A stretch of 64,000 nt of DNA from contig JBEQAR010000004.1 in NCBI GenBank assembly GCA_041640295.1, positions 3,128 through 67,127 of the forward strand, in the 5' to 3' direction. Of this stretch, positions 1 to 11,983 are shown in pieces. The DNA is from a bacterium (GTDB lineage: Bacteria > Patescibacteriota > Minisyncoccia > UBA6257 > HR35). How positions within the stretch are numbered: the first letter of the stretch is position 1; each line of letters opens with the position of its first letter. The notes below the pieces were generated by a model that saw only the letters and a list, made by a program, of their open reading frames with translations, had not been told where the DNA came from and did not search any database. A program made the position numbers and the translations under genes.

Positions 1-2847
1 ATTATTAATCAGCTGTTAAGATCACCCGGAGTTTATTTTAGTTTTATTTTATTTGGTGAAAAAAAATTGTTTGGAGCAAAAGTTATTCCTCTTCGAGGAG
101 CTTGGTTAGAATTTCAAATTGAATCCAATAATCTATTACAGGTAAGGATTGATCGAAGAAAAAAAGTTTTAGCTACTGTACTTTTGAAAGCTTTTGGGGT
201 TTCTGAAGAAGAAATCAAAGAAGAATTTAAAGATTTAGACCACAATTTGAATGTCATCCGCGATACTCTTAAAAAAGATGATTTAAAAGATAGCGAAGAT
301 GCTTTACTATATCTTCACTACAAATTAAGAAGCCTTGAACCTAATACTTTTGATAATGCACTTCTGCTTTTTGAAAATCTTTTTAGAAAAAAAGAAAGAT
401 ATTCTCTTTCAGAAGTTGGCCGTTATCATATCAATCGAAGATTAAATTTAGAGAGTAATTCATTATTAATTGAAAAAGAAGATTTGATAGCGATTATAAA
501 AGAAATTTTGAAACTTCAAGCTGATCCTAATGCTCAAGCAGATGAAATCGATGCCCTTTGGAATAGAAGAATTAAGGGTATTGATGAGCTTTTAGAAAAT
601 CAGACAAGAATTGCTTTGACCAGAATGATGAAAACAATTAAAGATAAAATTGCTGTTATAGATAAGTCAGATAAGGTTTACCCCGGGCAATTAATTTATT
701 CTAAAATTTTCTCATCTTCAATTAATGAATTTTTTAATGTTTCACCCTTATCTCAAGTAGCTACTCAAATTAATCTTCTATCTGAATTAGAACATAAAAG
801 AAGATTAACAGCCAGCGGTCCTGGTGGAGTTTCAAAAGAAAGAGCTGGTTTTGAGGTGAGAGATGTTAACCCTACTCATTATGGAAGAATTTGCTGTGTC
901 CAAACACCTGAAGGAACAAATATTGGTTTAATTACTTACCGAGCATTATGTAGCCGAATTAATGATTATGGATTTTTAGAAGCTCCTTATTACCGAGTAA
1001 AAAATGGAAAAGTTGATAAAAGTAAAATTGTTTACTTAACTGCCTTAGAAGAAAAAAAACATAAAATTGCTAGCTCATCAACAAAAATTGATAAAAACGG
1101 AAAAATTTTAGATGATTTAATAGAAGGTAGAGTAAATAACGAACCTACCCTTATTCCTAAAGAAGAAGTAGAATTTATTGATGTTTCTCCTAATCAAATT
1201 TTTTCTGTAGCTGCTAATCTTATTCCATTTTTAAGTAATGATGATGCTAATCGAGCACAAATGGGAGCTAATATGCAAAAACAAGCTGTTCCTTTAATTA
1301 ATCCCCAAGTTCCAATTGTTAGTACTGGTGTTGAAGAAATAGCAGCAAAAAATAGTGGTTATTTAATATGCGCTGAAGCTGATGGTGAAGTCATTGAAGT
1401 TGATGCTGAGCATATTGTTGTTCGTTATCGATATGGAAATAAAAAAGAAAAGAAAGTTTATCATCTTAAAAAATATATTAAAACTAATGATTTTACATTT
1501 ATTAATCAAAAACCAATAGTAAAAATTGGTCAGCGGGTGAAAAAGGGTGATGTTTTAGCTGATGCTGCTGGTACCAAAGATGGTATTTTAGCTTTAGGAA
1601 CTAATTTATTGGTTGCCTTTTTATCGTTTAAGGGGTATAACTTTGAAGACGCGATTGTAGTTTCTGAAAGATTGTTGAAAAACGATACATTTACTTCTAT
1701 TTCTATTGAACAATTTTCAATTGATGTTAGAGATACAAAGTTGGGTAGAGAAGAAACAACATCAGATATTCCTGGAGTTCATGAAAATAAGTTAAGAAAT
1801 CTTGATGAAGAGGGAATCATTAGAATTGGAGCTAAGGTTAAATCAGGAGATATTTTAGTTGGTAAAATTACACCTAAAAAAGATATTGAATTAACACCTG
1901 AAGAAAAATTATTGAAAGCGATATTTGGAGAAAAAGTGCGAGAAGTTAAAGATACATCTCTTTACTTAGAACCAGGTAAATCAGGAAGAGTAACAAGAAT
2001 TAAAGTTCTTGAAAGAAGTCGAGGAGATCTTTTTGATCCTGGAGTAATTAAGAGAATATATGTTGAAATTTCTAAACTAAAAAAATTACAAATTGGTGAT
2101 AAATTAGCTAATAGGCATGGTAACAAAGGTGTTATTTCTGTTATTTTACCTGAAGAGGATATGCCATTTTTGCCTGATGGTAGACCGGTTGATATTATTT
2201 TAAATCCATTAGGTGTAGTTTCGAGAATGAATTTAGGTCAAATACTTGAGATGCATTTAGGTTATGCTGGTTATAAATTAGGATATAGAGCAATAATTCC
2301 AGCAATTTCTGGGGTTTCTGAAGATATTATTAGAGAAGAATTAAAGAAAGCTAATCTACCAGAAGATGGTAAAATGACTCTTTATGATGGAGAAACTGGC
2401 GAACCTTATAAAGAAAAAATTGCTGTAGGAGTAATGTATTTGATGAAATTAGTTCATATGTCAGAAGATAAAATTCACGCTCGATCAATAGGACCATATT
2501 CTTTGATTACCCAACAACCATTAGGAGGTAAGGCTCAATTTGGTGGTCAAAGATTGGGAGAAATGGAAGTTTGGGCATTAGAAGCTTATAGTGCTGTAAA
2601 TATTATTCAAGAAATGTTGACTATTAAATCAGATGATGTTATTGGTCGAGGGCAAACATATACCAAAATAATAAAAGGAGAACCAATAAAATCACCCAGC
2701 ATTCCTTCATCTTTCAATTTATTAGTGAAAGAATTAAATGGTTTAGGATTATCTGTTAAGGTTAAATATTTTGAGGAAAAAGAAAAACAAAAAGAACAAC
2801 CAGAAGAAGTTTTGGGAGAAGAAATTAAAATTAAGGAAGAAAATTAA
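1..2847 (+). CDS. rpoB: DNA-directed RNA polymerase beta subunit, 5'-truncated at window edge
   Basis: Frame is open from nt 1 (RSPGVYF motif before the first Met at 67). Conserved beta-subunit C-terminal motifs are present ([22 protein letters not shown]). Followed 2 nt later by rpoC. Confidence 0.95.
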   Translation: MINQLLRSPGVYFSFILFGEKKLFGAKVIPLRGAWLEFQIESNNLLQVRIDRRKKVLATVLLKAFGVSEEEIKEEFKDLDHNLNVIRDTLKKDDLKDSEDALLYLHYKLRSLEPNTFDNALLLFENLFRKKERYSLSEVGRYHINRRLNLESNSLLIEKEDLIAIIKEILKLQADPNAQADEIDALWNRRIKGIDELLENQTRIALTRMMKTIKDKIAVIDKSDKVYPGQLIYSKIFSSSINEFFNVSPLSQVATQINLLSELEHKRRLTASGPGGVSKERAGFEVRDVNPTHYGRICCVQTPEGTNIGLITYRALCSRINDYGFLEAPYYRVKNGKVDKSKIVYLTALEEKKHKIASSSTKIDKNGKILDDLIEGRVNNEPTLIPKEEVEFIDVSPNQIFSVAANLIPFLSNDDANRAQMGANMQKQAVPLINPQVPIVSTGVEEIAAKNSGYLICAEADGEVIEVDAEHIVVRYRYGNKKEKKVYHLKKYIKTNDFTFINQKPIVKIGQRVKKGDVLADAAGTKDGILALGTNLLVAFLSFKGYNFEDAIVVSERLLKNDTFTSISIEQFSIDVRDTKLGREETTSDIPGVHENKLRNLDEEGIIRIGAKVKSGDILVGKITPKKDIELTPEEKLLKAIFGEKVREVKDTSLYLEPGKSGRVTRIKVLERSRGDLFDPGVIKRIYVEISKLKKLQIGDKLANRHGNKGVISVILPEEDMPFLPDGRPVDIILNPLGVVSRMNLGQILEMHLGYAGYKLGYRAIIPAISGVSEDIIREELKKANLPEDGKMTLYDGETGEPYKEKIAVGVMYLMKLVHMSEDKIHARSIGPYSLITQQPLGGKAQFGGQRLGEMEVWALEAYSAVNIIQEMLTIKSDDVIGRGQTYTKIIKGEPIKSPSIPSSFNLLVKELNGLGLSVKVKYFEEKEKQKEQPEEVLGEEIKIKEEN

Positions 2848-2849
2848 AA

Positions 2850-5800
2850 ATGGCAATTACTAATCAGGAAGAAATCAAATCAATTTTAATTAAGTTGTCA
2901 TCGCCGGAAGAAATTTTGGAAAATTCTTATGGTGAAGTTTCTAAACCAGAAACGATAAATTATAGAACTGGTAAACCAGATAGAGATGGTTTATTTTCTG
3001 AAGTTATTTTTGGTCCCTTAAAAGATTTTGAATGTTCTTGTGGCAAATATAAAGGTCAACAATTTGCTGGTTTAAAATGTGATCGTTGTGGGGTTGATGT
3101 TATTAGATCTTATGCTCGAAGAGAACGATTGGGACATATTACTTTAGCTACCCCTATTGTTCATATTTGGTTTTTAAAAGTTTATCCCTACCCTATCTCT
3201 TTGATTTTAGATATTCCTAATTTTCAATTAGAAAGAGTTGTTTACTATTCAGCTTATATTATTACTAAAGTAAATGAAGAAGAAAAGGAAAAATTATTAA
3301 AAAATATTGAAAAGGAATATAAAGAGAAAATTAAAGAAACTAAAAATAAAAAAGAAATTGAAGAAACATTTAAAAAGATTAAAGAAGAAATCAATGGCTT
3401 AAAAGTCAAAAGAGTGCTTTCTGATGTTGAATATTATCTTCTCTCCAAAAAATACCCCAATATTTTCGAAGTGGGTATGGGAGCAGAAGTAATTAGAAGA
3501 TTTTTAGAAGAATTAGATTTAAATTCTGCTTACAAAGAAGCTTTAGAAAAATTTAAAAAGGCTAAAGATATTGAAAAGAAGAGGCTTTCGTTAAAGCTTA
3601 AATTACTTAAATCTTTTATTAAAAATAATATTAGACCAGAATGGATGGTTCTAACTATTTTACCTGTTATTCCTCCAGACTTAAGACCAATTGTTACTTT
3701 AGAGGGAGGTAAATTAGTTTCATCAGACCTTAATGATCTTTATAGAAGGATAATTAATCGAAATAACCGCTTGAAAAGATTATACGAAGTTAAAACTCCA
3801 GAAATAATTATCAGAAATGAAAAAAGAATGCTTCAAGAAGCTGTTGATGCCTTATTGGATAATTCTCTTAGAAAAGAGAAGCTAATTGTTTCTAAAAGAA
3901 AAGTTTTAAAATCATTAGCTGATATGTTGAGAGGTAAACAAGGAAGATTTAGACAGAATCTCTTAGGAAAGAGAGTTGATTATTCTGGTAGAGCGGTGAT
4001 TGTTGTTGATCCTAAATTAGCCATTGATGAATTTGGTCTACCTAAAAAAATGGCTTTAGAAATTTTTAAACCATTTATTATTCATGAATTATTAGCTAAA
4101 GAAATTGCTGGTACAATTAAACAAGCATTATATTTAATTGAATCCGAAGATCCCGAAGCCATCCAAGCTTTAAATAATATCATAAAAAACAAATATTGTT
4201 TATTGAACCGAGCACCAACTTTACACCGCTTAGGAATTCAAGCATTTAAACCAATTCTTGTTGAAGGAGTAGCATTAAAAATCCCACCATTAGTTTGTAC
4301 TGCCTTTAATGCTGATTTTGACGGTGATCAAATGGCAGTTTTCTTACCTTTATCTGAAGAAGCTCAAAAAGAAGCAAAAGAAATAATTTTAGCTTCTAAG
4401 AATCATCTTAAGCCAGGCACTGGCGAAATAATTACTAATCCAACTAAAGATATTATTTTGGGTATTTATTACCTTACGCAAATTCTTAAAAATCGAAAAG
4501 GAGAAAATAGTGTGGTCTATGATGGGCAAGAAGCTAAAATTCTTCTTGAACACAAGGTTATTGATTTACAAGCTGAGATTTTGGTTAAAAATTGTAAAAA
4601 TGAAAAAAATATAAAAACCAGCGTTGGAAGAATAATTTTCAATGATGTTTTACCCGATAGTTTTCCTTTTGTTAATAAGACTGTTGATAAAAAAACTATT
4701 GTTAAGATCATTGGAACAATTTATGAACAATATGGTGCAGAAAAAACCTCGTTAATTTTAGATAAAATAAAAGAATTAGGTTTTCACTACGCAACCTTTT
4801 CTGGAATTTCTTGGTCATACAGCGATTTAAGGGGTATTCCTAATAAAGAAGACTTTATTAAAGAAGGTTATGAAAAAGAAAAAGAAGCAATCCATCTCTA
4901 TGAAACTGGTTTTATTGACGAAAGAGAGAAAAAAATAAAAATTATTGATGTTTGGTTGGAAATTGTTGCGAAAATTAACAATAGATTAAAAGAAATTTTA
5001 GAAGACGATAATAATCCTAAAAGAATGATTGATTCTGGTGCTCGTGGTTCTTATACTCAATTAGGACAAATGGCAGGAATGAAAGGTTTGGTAGAAAATC
5101 CAAAAGGTGAAATTATTGACTTGCCTATTATCCATTCTTATAAAGAAGGTTTGACTGCTTTGGAATATTTCATTAGTACTCACGGAGCTAGAAAAGGAGC
5201 TTCAGATACAGCACTGAAAACAGCTCGCGCTGGTTATTTGACAAGAAGAATGGTTGATGTTGCTCATGATGTAATTGTGATTGAAGAAGATTGTAAAGAT
5301 GAAGAAGGAATTGTTTTAACAAAGGAAGAAGCAGAAGAAGTTGGTGAAACATTAGCAAGTAGAATTTTCTCTCGAGTTTCTTTAGAAACTATTGTTGATA
5401 AAGATAATAACATTATTGTTAATAAGGGTGAATACATAACTAAACAATTAGCTGAAGAAATAGAAAAAAATACCAATAAAATTAGAGTTAGGTCACCATT
5501 TACTTGCAAGTCTTTATTTGGAATTTGTGTTAAGTGTTATGGATTTGATTTAGCTTACAATCAGCCTGTTAAGGTTGGTACACCAGTAGGAATTATTGCT
5601 GCTCAATCAATTGGTGAACCGGCAACGCAGTTAACAATGCGTACTTTCCACTTCGGTGGTGTTGCTGGCGCTGGAGATATTACTCAAGGTGTACCTAGGG
5701 CAGAAGAACTTTTAGAAGTTAGAAAACCTAAAAATCAATGTATTTTTTCACCAATTAGCGGAAAAATCGTTCATTTAGAAAAAGTAAATAAATATTATAA

Positions 5801-6386
5801 AGTTACCATTAAAGGAGTTCATCAAAAAAAGATTACTCTTCATATACCTAGTTCAACAAATTTAACATTTAAATTAGGAGAAAGTGTAAAAAAGGGTAAC
5901 CCTCTTAATGATGGTAGCAAAGATCCCAAAGATATTTATGTTTATTACGGTAAAATGGCAGCCTTTAAGTATATAATTAATGAATTAAAGAAAGTTTATA
6001 ATTTCCAAGGCGCTGAAGTTCATGATAAACACATCGAAATTATAATCAGGAAAATGTTTTCCAGAGTAAAAATCAAAGAAATTGGTGATTCTGATTTTGT
6101 TTATGGTGATATTGTTGAAAAAGATATCTTTTTGTATACCAATCAAAAGCTTAAATCAGAAAATAAAAAACCAGCAAAAGGAATTTTATTATTAACCGGA
6201 ATTACTAAAACAGCTTTAACAACAGAAAGCTTTTTATCAGCTGCTTCTTTCCAAGAAACAGCTCGAGTGTTAACAAGAAGTGCTTTAGAATGTAAAGAAG
6301 ATTTATTGCGTGGTTTGAAAGAAAACATTATTTTAGGTAGAAAACCATTTATTGGTAGTAATTTTAAAAAATTTAGTATTGACTAA
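2850..6386 (+). CDS. rpoC: DNA-directed RNA polymerase beta' subunit
   Basis: 1178 aa. Zn-binding CxxC N-terminus, catalytic [11 protein letters not shown] motif and trigger-loop region. Immediately downstream of rpoB. Confidence 0.95.
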   Translation: MAITNQEEIKSILIKLSSPEEILENSYGEVSKPETINYRTGKPDRDGLFSEVIFGPLKDFECSCGKYKGQQFAGLKCDRCGVDVIRSYARRERLGHITLATPIVHIWFLKVYPYPISLILDIPNFQLERVVYYSAYIITKVNEEEKEKLLKNIEKEYKEKIKETKNKKEIEETFKKIKEEINGLKVKRVLSDVEYYLLSKKYPNIFEVGMGAEVIRRFLEELDLNSAYKEALEKFKKAKDIEKKRLSLKLKLLKSFIKNNIRPEWMVLTILPVIPPDLRPIVTLEGGKLVSSDLNDLYRRIINRNNRLKRLYEVKTPEIIIRNEKRMLQEAVDALLDNSLRKEKLIVSKRKVLKSLADMLRGKQGRFRQNLLGKRVDYSGRAVIVVDPKLAIDEFGLPKKMALEIFKPFIIHELLAKEIAGTIKQALYLIESEDPEAIQALNNIIKNKYCLLNRAPTLHRLGIQAFKPILVEGVALKIPPLVCTAFNADFDGDQMAVFLPLSEEAQKEAKEIILASKNHLKPGTGEIITNPTKDIILGIYYLTQILKNRKGENSVVYDGQEAKILLEHKVIDLQAEILVKNCKNEKNIKTSVGRIIFNDVLPDSFPFVNKTVDKKTIVKIIGTIYEQYGAEKTSLILDKIKELGFHYATFSGISWSYSDLRGIPNKEDFIKEGYEKEKEAIHLYETGFIDEREKKIKIIDVWLEIVAKINNRLKEILEDDNNPKRMIDSGARGSYTQLGQMAGMKGLVENPKGEIIDLPIIHSYKEGLTALEYFISTHGARKGASDTALKTARAGYLTRRMVDVAHDVIVIEEDCKDEEGIVLTKEEAEEVGETLASRIFSRVSLETIVDKDNNIIVNKGEYITKQLAEEIEKNTNKIRVRSPFTCKSLFGICVKCYGFDLAYNQPVKVGTPVGIIAAQSIGEPATQLTMRTFHFGGVAGAGDITQGVPRAEELLEVRKPKNQCIFSPISGKIVHLEKVNKYYKVTIKGVHQKKITLHIPSSTNLTFKLGESVKKGNPLNDGSKDPKDIYVYYGKMAAFKYIINELKKVYNFQGAEVHDKHIEIIIRKMFSRVKIKEIGDSDFVYGDIVEKDIFLYTNQKLKSENKKPAKGILLLTGITKTALTTESFLSAASFQETARVLTRSALECKEDLLRGLKENIILGRKPFIGSNFKKFSID

Positions 6387-6505
6387 TTAAATTTTATTGC
6401 TTAAAATTATTTATTAAAGAAAATTACAGTTGAATTAACATTAAGATAATTAGTAAAAAATTTAATAAAAGGTCGTATTTAATTATTATCTTAAAAAATT
6501 GAAAA

Positions 6506-7702
6506 ATGGCAGCAAAATTTGAAAGAACAAAACCACACCTTAATGTAGGAACAATTGGTCATATTGACCATGGTAAAACAACATTAACTGCAGCTATTCA
6601 GCATGTCCTTAAATTAAAGGGAATGATAGAAAAGGCTGAATCGGTCGATGAAATTGATAATGCTCCAGAAGAAAAAGCAAGGGGTATTACAATCAATATT
6701 CACCACTCAGAATACGAGACAGAAAAAAGACACTATGCTCACATAGATTGTCCTGGACACGCTGATTATGTTAAAAATATGATTATAGGTGCAGCTCAAA
6801 TGGATGGCGCTATTTTAGTTGTCGCTGCTAATGATGGTGTTATGGCTCAAACTAAGGAACATATTCTTTTGGCTCGTCAGGTTAATGTGCCTGCTATTGT
6901 TGTGTTTTTAAATAAAGTTGATATGGTGCCAGATAAAGAATTAATTGATTTAGCCGAAGAAGATGTTAGAAATGAATTAAAAAAATACGGTTTTCCAGGA
7001 GATGAAGTGCCAGTCATTAGAGGTTCAGCTCTTAAAGCATTAGAAGCTAAATCATTAGATGATGAATGGGCAAAGCCTATTTTAGAACTTTTGGATGCTT
7101 TAGATAATTATATTCCTGAACCAGTTCGTGAAGTCGATAAACCATTTTTATTACCTGTAGAAGATGTTTTTTCTATTGCTGGTCGAGGAACAGTAGTAAC
7201 CGGTAGAGTAGAGCGAGGTATTTTAAAATTAAATGAAGAAGTTGAAATTGTTGGTTTAAGAGATAAATCAATGAAAACAGTCGTTACAGGAATTGAAATG
7301 TTCCATAAACAATTAGATGAAGCTCATCCAGGAGATAATGTCGGTTTACTTTTAAGAGGTATTGCTAAGGAAGATGTTGAAAGAGGAATGGTATTAGCTA
7401 AACCAGGTTCGATTACTCCCCATACTGAATTTGAAGCAGAAGTTTATGTCTTGACACCAGAAGAAGGTGGAAGACATACACCATTCCATTCAGGTTATAA
7501 GCCTCAATTTTATTTTAGAACAACTGATGTTACTGGAGAGATATTCTTAACTGAAGGCATTGAAGCTATTATGCCTGGCGATAATGCTACTTTTAAAGTA
7601 AAATTAATTTATCCTATTGCTCTTGAGGAAGGATTAAGATTTGCAATTCGTGAAGGAGGAAGAACTGTTGGTGCTGGTGTGGTAACAAAGATTATTAAAT
7701 AA
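6506..7702 (+). CDS. tuf: Elongation factor Tu
   Basis: [14 protein letters not shown]-loop, [12 protein letters not shown] motifs. 398 aa. Confidence 0.97.
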   Translation: MAAKFERTKPHLNVGTIGHIDHGKTTLTAAIQHVLKLKGMIEKAESVDEIDNAPEEKARGITINIHHSEYETEKRHYAHIDCPGHADYVKNMIIGAAQMDGAILVVAANDGVMAQTKEHILLARQVNVPAIVVFLNKVDMVPDKELIDLAEEDVRNELKKYGFPGDEVPVIRGSALKALEAKSLDDEWAKPILELLDALDNYIPEPVREVDKPFLLPVEDVFSIAGRGTVVTGRVERGILKLNEEVEIVGLRDKSMKTVVTGIEMFHKQLDEAHPGDNVGLLLRGIAKEDVERGMVLAKPGSITPHTEFEAEVYVLTPEEGGRHTPFHSGYKPQFYFRTTDVTGEIFLTEGIEAIMPGDNATFKVKLIYPIALEEGLRFAIREGGRTVGAGVVTKIIK

Positions 7703-7748
7703 ATTTCATTTTAAATAAATATAAAAATGTAAAGTTAATTATTTATCA

Positions 7749-8078
7749 GTGATGTCTAACAAGCAAAAAATTGAACAAAAGCTTAGAATTAGGCTAAAAT
7801 CTTACGATCATAAATTAATAGATAAATATGCAAGACAATTGGTAGATTTGCTATTAAAAGAAGGTTTACAAATTAAAGGACCCATTCCGCTACCAACAGA
7901 AATAAAAAAATATACTGTCAACCGGTCAACATTTATTTATAAAGATTCGCGCGAACAATTCGAATTAAGGATTCACAAAAGATTAATTGATATTCTTAAT
8001 CCAAGTCAAAGGATTATTGAACTTTTTTCTTACTTAGATTTACCTTCAGGTGTTGAAATTGAATTAAAGATGATTTAA
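7749..8078 (+). CDS. rpsJ: 30S ribosomal protein S10
   Basis: 109 aa. Start of canonical S10 operon order S10-L3-L4-L23. KDSREQFELRIHKRLIDI motif. Confidence 0.93.
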   Translation: MMSNKQKIEQKLRIRLKSYDHKLIDKYARQLVDLLLKEGLQIKGPIPLPTEIKKYTVNRSTFIYKDSREQFELRIHKRLIDILNPSQRIIELFSYLDLPSGVEIELKMI

Positions 8079-8122
8079 TTATTAATTAGCTTTTGACCAT
8101 TCTCTAAATTTATATTGCAAAA

Positions 8123-8719
8123 ATGATTAAATTTGGATTAGCTAAAAAATTGAATATGATTACTTATTTTAAAGAGAATGAAGCCGTTCCAGCGACATTG
8201 ATTCAAATGATGAAGTGTACTGTTAAAAAATTGATAAAAGATAATTATACCGCCGTTCAGCTAGAATGTTATGATGATAAGAAAAAAAGATATTTAAAAG
8301 AATTTAGAGTGCCATCAGAATTTATTAATAATTTTCAAATTGGACAAGATATTGATATCAATTTTTTTAATATTGGTGATAAGGTTAATATTACCGGAAT
8401 TTCAAAGGGTAAAGGTTTTCAGGGTGTAGTAAAAAGATGGGGTTTTCGCGATGCTCCTCGAACTCATGGACAGACAACAAAATATCGTCATCCGGGATCA
8501 ATTGGAGCAACAACTCCCCAAAGAGTAAGAAAGGGGTTAAGAATGGCTGGTAGAATGGGTGCGGAAAGAGTGGTGGTTAAAAATTTAGAGATTTTAGATA
8601 TTGATCCAGAGAATAACTTATTGGTAGTTAAAGGAAGTCTTCCTGGGCACAGAAAAGGATTATTAGAAATTAGAAGCAATAATTTAACTCGCAAGGGAAA
8701 ATTACAGATTAAAAAATGA
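8123..8719 (+). CDS. rplC: 50S ribosomal protein L3
   Basis: GKGFQGVVKRWGF motif. Position after rpsJ. Confidence 0.9.
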   Translation: MIKFGLAKKLNMITYFKENEAVPATLIQMMKCTVKKLIKDNYTAVQLECYDDKKKRYLKEFRVPSEFINNFQIGQDIDINFFNIGDKVNITGISKGKGFQGVVKRWGFRDAPRTHGQTTKYRHPGSIGATTPQRVRKGLRMAGRMGAERVVVKNLEILDIDPENNLLVVKGSLPGHRKGLLEIRSNNLTRKGKLQIKK

Positions 8720-9363
8720 AGCTTAAAGTTTTTAATCAACAAGGTCAAGAAGTAGGAGAAATAGAAGTTAATGATATTTTTGATCAATTAGAATTTAATC
8801 CAGCATTAGTTCATCAGGTAATGAGATGGCAAATGATGAATACTTATTATCCTTGGGCTCATACTAAAATAAGAAGTGAGGTTAGTGGTGGTGGAAGAAA
8901 ACCTTGGCGTCAAAAGGGTACTGGTCGAGCTCGACATGGTTCAATTCGTTCTCCTATTTGGCGTGGTGGTGGTGTAGTTTTTGGTCCTCGAAAAGATAAA
9001 ATTAGGAAAATAAAAATAAATAAAAAAATGAAAAGAAAAGCTATTTTAATGGTTTTAGCAGAAAAAATGAAAAAAAATTATGTAAAAGTTTTAGATAATC
9101 TTACCCCGCCAGAGTTTAAAACTAAATTTATGGATAAAATTTTAAGTCAATTTTTAGAAAAAAGAAAAACAAGAAAAAAAAGAGAATCAGCTTTAGTTAT
9201 TATTCCAGAAAATAATAAAAACATCATAAGAGTAGTTAGAAATTTGCCTTATGCTGATGCTATTGAAGCAAGAAATTTAAATATTCTTTCTTTGTTAAGT
9301 CATAAATATTTATTTTTAGAACCAGAAACTATTAAAGTTATTAAGGAAACTTTTGTTAAATAA
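8716..9363 (+). CDS. rplD: 50S ribosomal protein L4
   Basis: GGGRKPWRQKGTGRARHGSIRSPIWRGGGVVFGP motif. 4-nt overlap with rplC stop. Confidence 0.9.
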   Translation: MKLKVFNQQGQEVGEIEVNDIFDQLEFNPALVHQVMRWQMMNTYYPWAHTKIRSEVSGGGRKPWRQKGTGRARHGSIRSPIWRGGGVVFGPRKDKIRKIKINKKMKRKAILMVLAEKMKKNYVKVLDNLTPPEFKTKFMDKILSQFLEKRKTRKKRESALVIIPENNKNIIRVVRNLPYADAIEARNLNILSLLSHKYLFLEPETIKVIKETFVK

Positions 9364-9369
9364 ATAACA

Positions 9370-9765
9370 ATGTGGTTTAAAAAACGAAAACAAGATCAAG
9401 AGCAAAAACAAGATAAAGAGAGGGAAGAAAAAGAAAAAACTGAGACAAAATCTTCAGCGACTAAAATTGGTAGTGATTTATTTTTAGAAAAAAACTTAGA
9501 ATTATTACCCATTATTAGTGAAAAAACAAAAGCTTTAGTTAATAAAGAAAATACTTATACATTTAAAATTAGACCAGTTAGTGTTAATAAAACGGAAATA
9601 AAAAAAGCAATTGAAAAAATTTTTAAAGTAAAGGTTTTAGGTGTAAGAACAGTTAACTATAAAAAAAGGATACGCGGTAGAACAAGAATTCCTAATGTTA
9701 GATATAGATTTAAAAAAGCTTATGTAAAAATAGCTGACGGACAAAAAATAAATATTTTTGAGTAA
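9370..9765 (+). CDS. rplW: 50S ribosomal protein L23 with KE-rich N-terminal extension
   Basis: C-terminal ~95 aa match L23 (IRPVSVNKTE...KVLGVRTVNYKKR). N-terminal ~35 aa Lys/Glu-rich extension. Confidence 0.85.
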   Translation: MWFKKRKQDQEQKQDKEREEKEKTETKSSATKIGSDLFLEKNLELLPIISEKTKALVNKENTYTFKIRPVSVNKTEIKKAIEKIFKVKVLGVRTVNYKKRIRGRTRIPNVRYRFKKAYVKIADGQKINIFE

Positions 9766-9767
9766 TT

Positions 9768-10535
9768 TTAAGGTTGTGTTCTGATACAAAAAGTTAAAGC
9801 TTCATCATCGCCACTACAATCTCCTAAGCAAATATGTTTTAATACTCCTCCTCTATTTTGTTCACCAAAACAATAATCGGGGTTTCTATATACAGCGATG
9901 TCATTACTACCACTTAAATTTCTTACCCATGTAGCTCCTGGTGGTTGAGTACCTCTTTTGTATACGCCTTCTTTACCTAGACAACTAACTTCATCTTGTT
10001 CACAAGAATAAACTGCTATTAAATCACCAATATCAGCATAAAGATAAGATAACAAAAATTGACCTTCAGTTAGATAAGAATTTTGGTTGCCGAAATCAAA
10101 AACGACTGACATTAATCGGGGTATCATCAATATTCTGCTGTAACTATTAGGATCAACCTGGGTACCAGCACCCAATCTGATTGCTGTTAAATTAGTTGTC
10201 GAATTATAATTTAGTATTCTAAAAATGTTTTTATTGAGATCTATTAAATAACCGCCAGCAGAAGGTTTAGGTTTAAATTCAAAAATCGGATAGCCAAAAG
10301 TACCGTTATCTCCTGAATAATTACCATAATTATCGTCTCTGTAGCTGGAAACACCAAATATCAATTCTCTTTCATAACCGGGTGCGCTTGTGGGATTATA
10401 ATAAAATTTAAAGCCACGATTATCAGTTTTAAAAACAGTAATTCGATTTTGAGCTAAAACAAAACTCGTGGACAATAATAAGATAAATAATAATATATTT
10501 AAAATTTTATCTAATGCAATTAAAAACCTTTTCAT
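9768..10535 (-). CDS. Secreted Cys-rich protein, paralog 1 of 3 (unknown family)
   Basis: N-terminal signal peptide. Motifs FKTDNRGF, IGDLIAVYSCE, CLGKEG, CFG and LTFCIRT are shared with the two ORFs immediately upstream on the same strand. Confidence 0.6.
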   Translation of the reverse strand: MKRFLIALDKILNILLFILLLSTSFVLAQNRITVFKTDNRGFKFYYNPTSAPGYERELIFGVSSYRDDNYGNYSGDNGTFGYPIFEFKPKPSAGGYLIDLNKNIFRILNYNSTTNLTAIRLGAGTQVDPNSYSRILMIPRLMSVVFDFGNQNSYLTEGQFLLSYLYADIGDLIAVYSCEQDEVSCLGKEGVYKRGTQPPGATWVRNLSGSNDIAVYRNPDYCFGEQNRGGVLKHICLGDCSGDDEALTFCIRTQP

Positions 10536-10537
10536 TT

Positions 10538-11197
10538 TTAAAAATTAGTTCTAACACAAATAGTTAAACCAGCCTCCACCCCGCTAATAATTCCCATTAA
10601 TAAACCCTCGTGAATAACCTTTCCAAAACCAGGAGAATTACCGAAACAAAAAGATGGATTACCTGATTTACCCAAACAAGTTGGTGGATTTGAATCCCAC
10701 CATTCTCTTTCTTCACAAGTATAAATAGCTATTAAATCTCCTATTAAACCATAAACTTTAGCATAATTTTGGTAATAACCGCCGTTAGGTGCCGGTTGAT
10801 AATGATAAAGGTAGATATTTCCATTGGAATTACCACCAGAAATATTAGGTGGAGCTAAATCAACTATTATTGATTGCTTTGTGATTGTATTGTAAGAATA
10901 AATAAGGGTTCTACCATAGAAAGGTCTAATTAATAATTGATGTTGATTTAAAGCATTATTAGTATTTGTTGAATAAAAAGATAGCTGAGAAAGAAGTCCA
11001 GAATCAGTAATTGCTTTTGAGATTTCGAAATTATAATTACCCCATTGTGTTGGAAAACGTAAAATAAAACCATTATTGTCTGATTTAAATGTTGTATAAT
11101 TAAATGATTGAGCAGAAACTAAATACAAATTTATTCCAATAAGTAAAACTATTATTAATTTTAAAAAAATCTTTATTTTTATATTTAAATTTTTCAT
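10538..11197 (-). CDS. Secreted Cys-rich protein, paralog 2 of 3
   Basis: Signal peptide. Shared motifs FKSDNNGF, IGDLIAIYTCE, CLGKSG, CFG, LTICVRT. Confidence 0.6.
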   Translation of the reverse strand: MKNLNIKIKIFLKLIIVLLIGINLYLVSAQSFNYTTFKSDNNGFILRFPTQWGNYNFEISKAITDSGLLSQLSFYSTNTNNALNQHQLLIRPFYGRTLIYSYNTITKQSIIVDLAPPNISGGNSNGNIYLYHYQPAPNGGYYQNYAKVYGLIGDLIAIYTCEEREWWDSNPPTCLGKSGNPSFCFGNSPGFGKVIHEGLLMGIISGVEAGLTICVRTNF

Positions 11198-11207
11198 TAT
11201 CTATGTA

Positions 11208-11873
11208 TTAATCTAAAACGCATATTGTTAAAGCAGAATCATCTCCATTTCCCCCTCCGCAATCACCTGTACATATTTCTTGTAAAACTCGACCAGCATT
11301 GTTTCCAAAACATGTATTTGGATTGGTATGAATTCTTCTATTTTGATTCCAGATTACTCCTGGTGGCAATTGTTCAGGCTGTGTTCCAGTATAATATCCT
11401 CTCTTTCCTAAGCATGTACCAACAGGTGAACTATCTAACCAATCATTCCAAGAACAATTATAAATAGCAATTGCTTTTTCTAAATTAGCGTATATTGCAG
11501 CATATTGAAGACCAGGTCTTAATCTATTTTCATACAAAAAATAAACTGAACCTGTATTTGGTCTTAGATTTATAGAAACATATTTATCTGCTTCAGTATA
11601 ATCACGCAGGGTTGAATAGATATAACTTCCACCATAATGTGATGGTCTAATAATAGCTCTTAATCCAGTTGAACTTCCAAATAATAAATAGGGTGAAATT
11701 TCATCACTATCTAATCTTAATTCAGCTCTACTATTCTGAGTGGTAATAAATTTAAATCCTCTATTTTCTGTTTTAAATAAAGTAAATTTGTTACTTTGGC
11801 CAAAAACAAAATTTATTATTAAGATAATAAAAATCAAAGATAAAGTTAATATCACTAATTTTTTATAATTCAT
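11208..11873 (-). CDS. Secreted Cys-rich protein, paralog 3 of 3
   Basis: Signal peptide. Shared motifs FKTENRGF, AIAIYNCS, CLGKRG, CFG, LTICV. Confidence 0.6.
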   Translation of the reverse strand: MNYKKLVILTLSLIFIILIINFVFGQSNKFTLFKTENRGFKFITTQNSRAELRLDSDEISPYLLFGSSTGLRAIIRPSHYGGSYIYSTLRDYTEADKYVSINLRPNTGSVYFLYENRLRPGLQYAAIYANLEKAIAIYNCSWNDWLDSSPVGTCLGKRGYYTGTQPEQLPPGVIWNQNRRIHTNPNTCFGNNAGRVLQEICTGDCGGGNGDDSALTICVLD

Positions 11874-11983
11874 TTTTATTTTATAATTTTATAATATTAA
11901 ATAATATTAAATTATAAAAATATTTCAAATTAATTCAAATAATCATAATTTATACTTGATTAAAAATTTTTTTTAACTAAGCT

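Noticed and set aside
4517-6328. Three minus-strand ORFs (4517-4711, 5264-5509, 6143-6328) inside rpoC
   Set aside because: They are antisense to a strongly supported conserved gene, short and low-complexity, so they are spurious.
7940-7960. ttcgcgcgaa palindrome inside rpsJ as another repeat-element copy
   Set aside because: It encodes the conserved S10 peptide KDSREQFE, so it is native coding sequence, not an insertion.
8488-8787. 99-aa minus-strand ORF overlapping the rplC/rplD junction
   Set aside because: Antisense to ribosomal protein genes with no motif support.
11225-11467. 80-aa plus-strand ORF inside secreted paralog 3
   Set aside because: Antisense and overlapping a better-supported paralogous family member.
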